A DNA stretch of 64,000 nucleotides from Carpediemonas membranifera BICM (taxonomy: Eukaryota > Protista > Fornicata), in the NCBI GenBank assembly GCA_019828565.1, contig JAHDYR010000062.1, positions 545,666 to 609,665 on the forward strand, in the 5' to 3' direction. The position numbers were made by a program, and so were the translations under genes. Below, piece after piece: positions 61,325 through 64,000 of this stretch. Each line of letters begins with the position of its first letter. The stretch's first letter is position 1. Under the pieces are notes generated by a model, which saw only the letters and a program-made list of their open reading frames with translations, was not told the DNA's origin and searched no databases.

Positions 61325-62722
61325 TCAGAGTGGAACGCTAGCCTTAGCACACAGTTTCTCCAGGACAGTTTCATACAAAGTGGCGTAGTCGACGGGCTCG
61401 GGAATGGCCAGCTTGCCGAGGACTGACCGTTGCAGCTCAGGCGACCCGTTCACAACGATGTCACAGACAGATGCCGCCAGCTGGGGGAGGTGGACCGACC
61501 GCACGAGCTTAGCATCCTTGGTCGCGGGGTCCTCGATGGAGGGACACGCCTGGAGCAAGCTGTCGACAGCACTCTTATGGGCCTTCCTGAGGTCACTCTT
61601 CTGCTTGTTGTTGAGGATCACTGACCGCTTCATTGCATTGGAAAACCTGACCCCGCTGGCGACGATGAATACTGAGAGTGAGTGTAGGCCAGGCACAGGC
61701 TGACACTCAGATTTGAGTGAATCAAATGACGAGTTCAATTCTACCGCCTTCCACTGAGTTGGACCGAGGCCCAGAGCTCTGCTGAACTGCCGCATGGCGC
61801 ACATCAGGTCGCATGACGTCTTTGGGCCGAGTGGCACCCCGTTGGCAAGGCGGTAAACATGAACGGCAGTCTTGCCATTGTTGGGTAAAGTAGAGAGGCT
61901 GGCCACACATAGCACAGTAAATGGGCCGTACTCAGCTGCGACAGTGTGCAGGGGATGGGGCATTCTATGGCACAGGGCCCGTGCAGCGACACCCATGTCG
62001 ACCGGGTCCGACACGACGCCACCGTAGCGCACCCCAATGGGGCCGGCACCGACACGCCACAGGTCGAGGTAGCTGTCGATGTCCCGCAGTGCTGTTTGAT
62101 CAGCTATGGCGACAACTCGGATGGTGGTGCCCTCCAGAGAGGTGGGGCATGGGGTGGAGGCAAGCTTGGTCGTAGGGGCATGCCCTGACACCGTCCAGGC
62201 CATATGATGCATTGATAGATCGCCCAGAGTGGTGCTAAGGACTTCTGCGGGGACACCACTGCTGAGAAATGCCCAGACGGCTGCGAACTTGGCCCCGAGT
62301 CCGTACAGACCGGTGGTCTCGGCCTCAGGGTCAATGTCGTTCCCCTTTGTGCTGGTAAATAGTTTCCCGAGGAGAGAAGGCATTTCCTGCGCTGGAATAC
62401 CGTGGCCGCTGTCTGAGATGGTCATGGTCACCAGCACGGGGTCACAGTGAAGGAAATCAACATGCGACGAGGATAATGGGGATGCTAGCAGGTTTTGAAT
62501 TGCCTGCGATGTCTCATACTCGTCATGCTGCTCGATGTTGATCTCAATCATCTTGTTCTCGCATTCTGTTACGGCGTCTATAGCGTTCTCGAAGAGTTCT
62601 CGGAATGAAAGGAAGAATGCGCTCCGAAGATCAGTAAAATGACTCAAAAACCATCGAAGCACAGTGTCTTGCGTTTGATTCATCGTGCACACAAGTTTCC
62701 GGTTTCCGCCCACATATGACAT
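61325..62722 (-). CDS. topoisomerase VI subunit B-like protein (GHKL; MTOPVIB/TOPOVIBL-like)
   Basis: Bergerat motifs FRELFENAIDA, ISDSGHGI, FTSTK, TGLYGLGAK and GTTI; transducer 'RLANGVPL' and 'F.NAMK'. Confidence 0.8.
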   Translation of the reverse strand: MSYVGGNRKLVCTMNQTQDTVLRWFLSHFTDLRSAFFLSFRELFENAIDAVTECENKMIEINIEQHDEYETSQAIQNLLASPLSSSHVDFLHCDPVLVTMTISDSGHGIPAQEMPSLLGKLFTSTKGNDIDPEAETTGLYGLGAKFAAVWAFLSSGVPAEVLSTTLGDLSMHHMAWTVSGHAPTTKLASTPCPTSLEGTTIRVVAIADQTALRDIDSYLDLWRVGAGPIGVRYGGVVSDPVDMGVAARALCHRMPHPLHTVAAEYGPFTVLCVASLSTLPNNGKTAVHVYRLANGVPLGPKTSCDLMCAMRQFSRALGLGPTQWKAVELNSSFDSLKSECQPVPGLHSLSVFIVASGVRFSNAMKRSVILNNKQKSDLRKAHKSAVDSLLQACPSIEDPATKDAKLVRSVHLPQLAASVCDIVVNGSPELQRSVLGKLAIPEPVDYATLYETVLEKLCAKASVPL

Positions 62723-62869
62723 AACCTGCACCTGTAAAATAAGCGCCGAAGAACGGCAGAGCGTGGCAAGACGCGCTGATACTGACGTCGATCGTCTGCT
62801 TTGAGTCATTTGATGTAGATTCTCGACTTCTCCAATTCTATCCGGACACGAGAAACGAAGGCCAGTAAC

Positions 62870-64000
62870 ATGGTTACTTCGGGTCATGAGGCAACTTCAA
62901 CCGTGGTTGATGCAATTACAGTCATCGATGAACTAGACTTCAAGTGTTTGAACCCGAGTGGCATCCGCAGCGCACAGAGCAGCCTTCAACGCGTCGAAAA
63001 CTATCTTACGACCGAGAAGGTCACGGCTACACCTGAGATTCACGATCGCCTTGCGGATATATACTCTCGGTATAAGATGCTTGTCGATCGGCTTGCCACT
63101 GATGCCTCATCTCCGCAGCTCACCTCATCCCCGAAGCACCAGCCTGTCCTGGAGCTCTCTGAGTTCGCCTCCAACCAGCTCCTCGCCATACACCTAGCTC
63201 TCGACGTTTCTGCATGCGCTGTTACACTCGCAGACCTCTGTTTCCGCGAGGAGCTCGCCTCGAGTGTCCCCGACGACCTGTGCCACCTCGCTGTGCTTGT
63301 TTTCAGGCACGCACTCACTACCGTGCTTGCCCCTAGTACTAACAAGGATGTGTCTACCTCAAACGCCGTCATTGCAGGTGTCTCATCCCGTGTTGCGCTC
63401 CTCCTTCTCGGCCTTGCCAAAGTCACCCCGGGGATGTCGGAGAGCACCACAGAGACGCTCGCATATAACCTTATGTCAAAGGACACCCTGTTCAGAGGCG
63501 ATGCACCCCTAGCCGACGCCTCCTTCGCCGCCGTCAAGACACTGTGCAGTTTAAGGGAGCATGTACCGACGTTCTCCCTCGAGGACATGGCCCAGCAGCT
63601 GGCACACCAGGTTCCAATGATCGCCCAGGGCACTAAGAAGGGCTCTATCACCCTCCTGCCCCAGGTCAAGGTCCGTCCGCTGTCGTTCCTCGCCCTCGAG
63701 TTGTACACGGCTTCACCGCCCGACACAACCCCCGATACCATCCATGCCCACGTCAAGGAGGTCAACCGGTGTCTCCACACAGTTGTCATGGCGGGCCTCG
63801 CCCATCGGTCCCTCGTGCTCGAGCTGTGCGAGGACCTCGAGGCCATCGTGCTCGTCGGCCCCAGCTTCCCCGGCGCCATTGATGCGCTATCCTGTATCAT
63901 CCAGACGTGTCACGCTGTGGTGAACGCCGCGCTGCAGGGCAAGACTCTCCCCATGGAATCTGGAGACGTGAAGGATGCCCTCAAGACGGCCGTCAGCGCC
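62870..64000 (+). CDS. large helical hypothetical protein, 3'-truncated by the window edge
   Basis: Frame opens at ATG 62870 (MVTSGHEATSTVVDAITVIDELDF...) with coding-like codon usage; absent from the ORF track, consistent with no stop before the window end. Confidence 0.6.
   Translation, partial: MVTSGHEATSTVVDAITVIDELDFKCLNPSGIRSAQSSLQRVENYLTTEKVTATPEIHDRLADIYSRYKMLVDRLATDASSPQLTSSPKHQPVLELSEFASNQLLAIHLALDVSACAVTLADLCFREELASSVPDDLCHLAVLVFRHALTTVLAPSTNKDVSTSNAVIAGVSSRVALLLLGLAKVTPGMSESTTETLAYNLMSKDTLFRGDAPLADASFAAVKTLCSLREHVPTFSLEDMAQQLAHQVPMIAQGTKKGSITLLPQVKVRPLSFLALELYTASPPDTTPDTIHAHVKEVNRCLHTVVMAGLAHRSLVLELCEDLEAIVLVGPSFPGAIDALSCIIQTCHAVVNAALQGKTLPMESGDVKDALKTAVSA

Overview
Gene-dense eukaryotic nuclear DNA from a compact, GC-rich flagellated protist genome. 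The short introns with a branch point fused to the 3' splice site suggest a metamonad, possibly Carpediemonas-like (inference, not verified). About 37 protein-coding genes lie on both strands with short intergenic gaps. They include Sin3, a subtilisin, a p150Glued-like protein, a CatSper-epsilon-like protein, CFAP58, bystin, MPDU1, MLF, a J-domain protein, HspBP1, a divergent separase, PP2A-A, kinesin-8, Prp19-like, PF16/SPAG6, PMCA, an ARID protein, Sec61-gamma, WASP, CGI-121 and a TopoVIB-like protein. There are two tRNA genes. Highlights: (1) a 414-aa intein with intact splicing motifs and a decayed LAGLIDADG endonuclease in a DUF789-like host; (2) a ~0.9-kb hairpin-dense locus (48.3-49.2 kb) with no recognisable protein, holding two ~290-300-nt structurally parallel units bounded by splice-site-like signals; (3) a CatSper auxiliary-subunit homolog; (4) three DERA genes, two as a near-perfect 1.1-kb inverted duplication and one of bacterial type; (5) an atypical intron-containing tRNA with encoded CCA. 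Several frame breaks at G/C runs are probably assembly errors. All homology calls come from motif recognition by eye; no searches were run.
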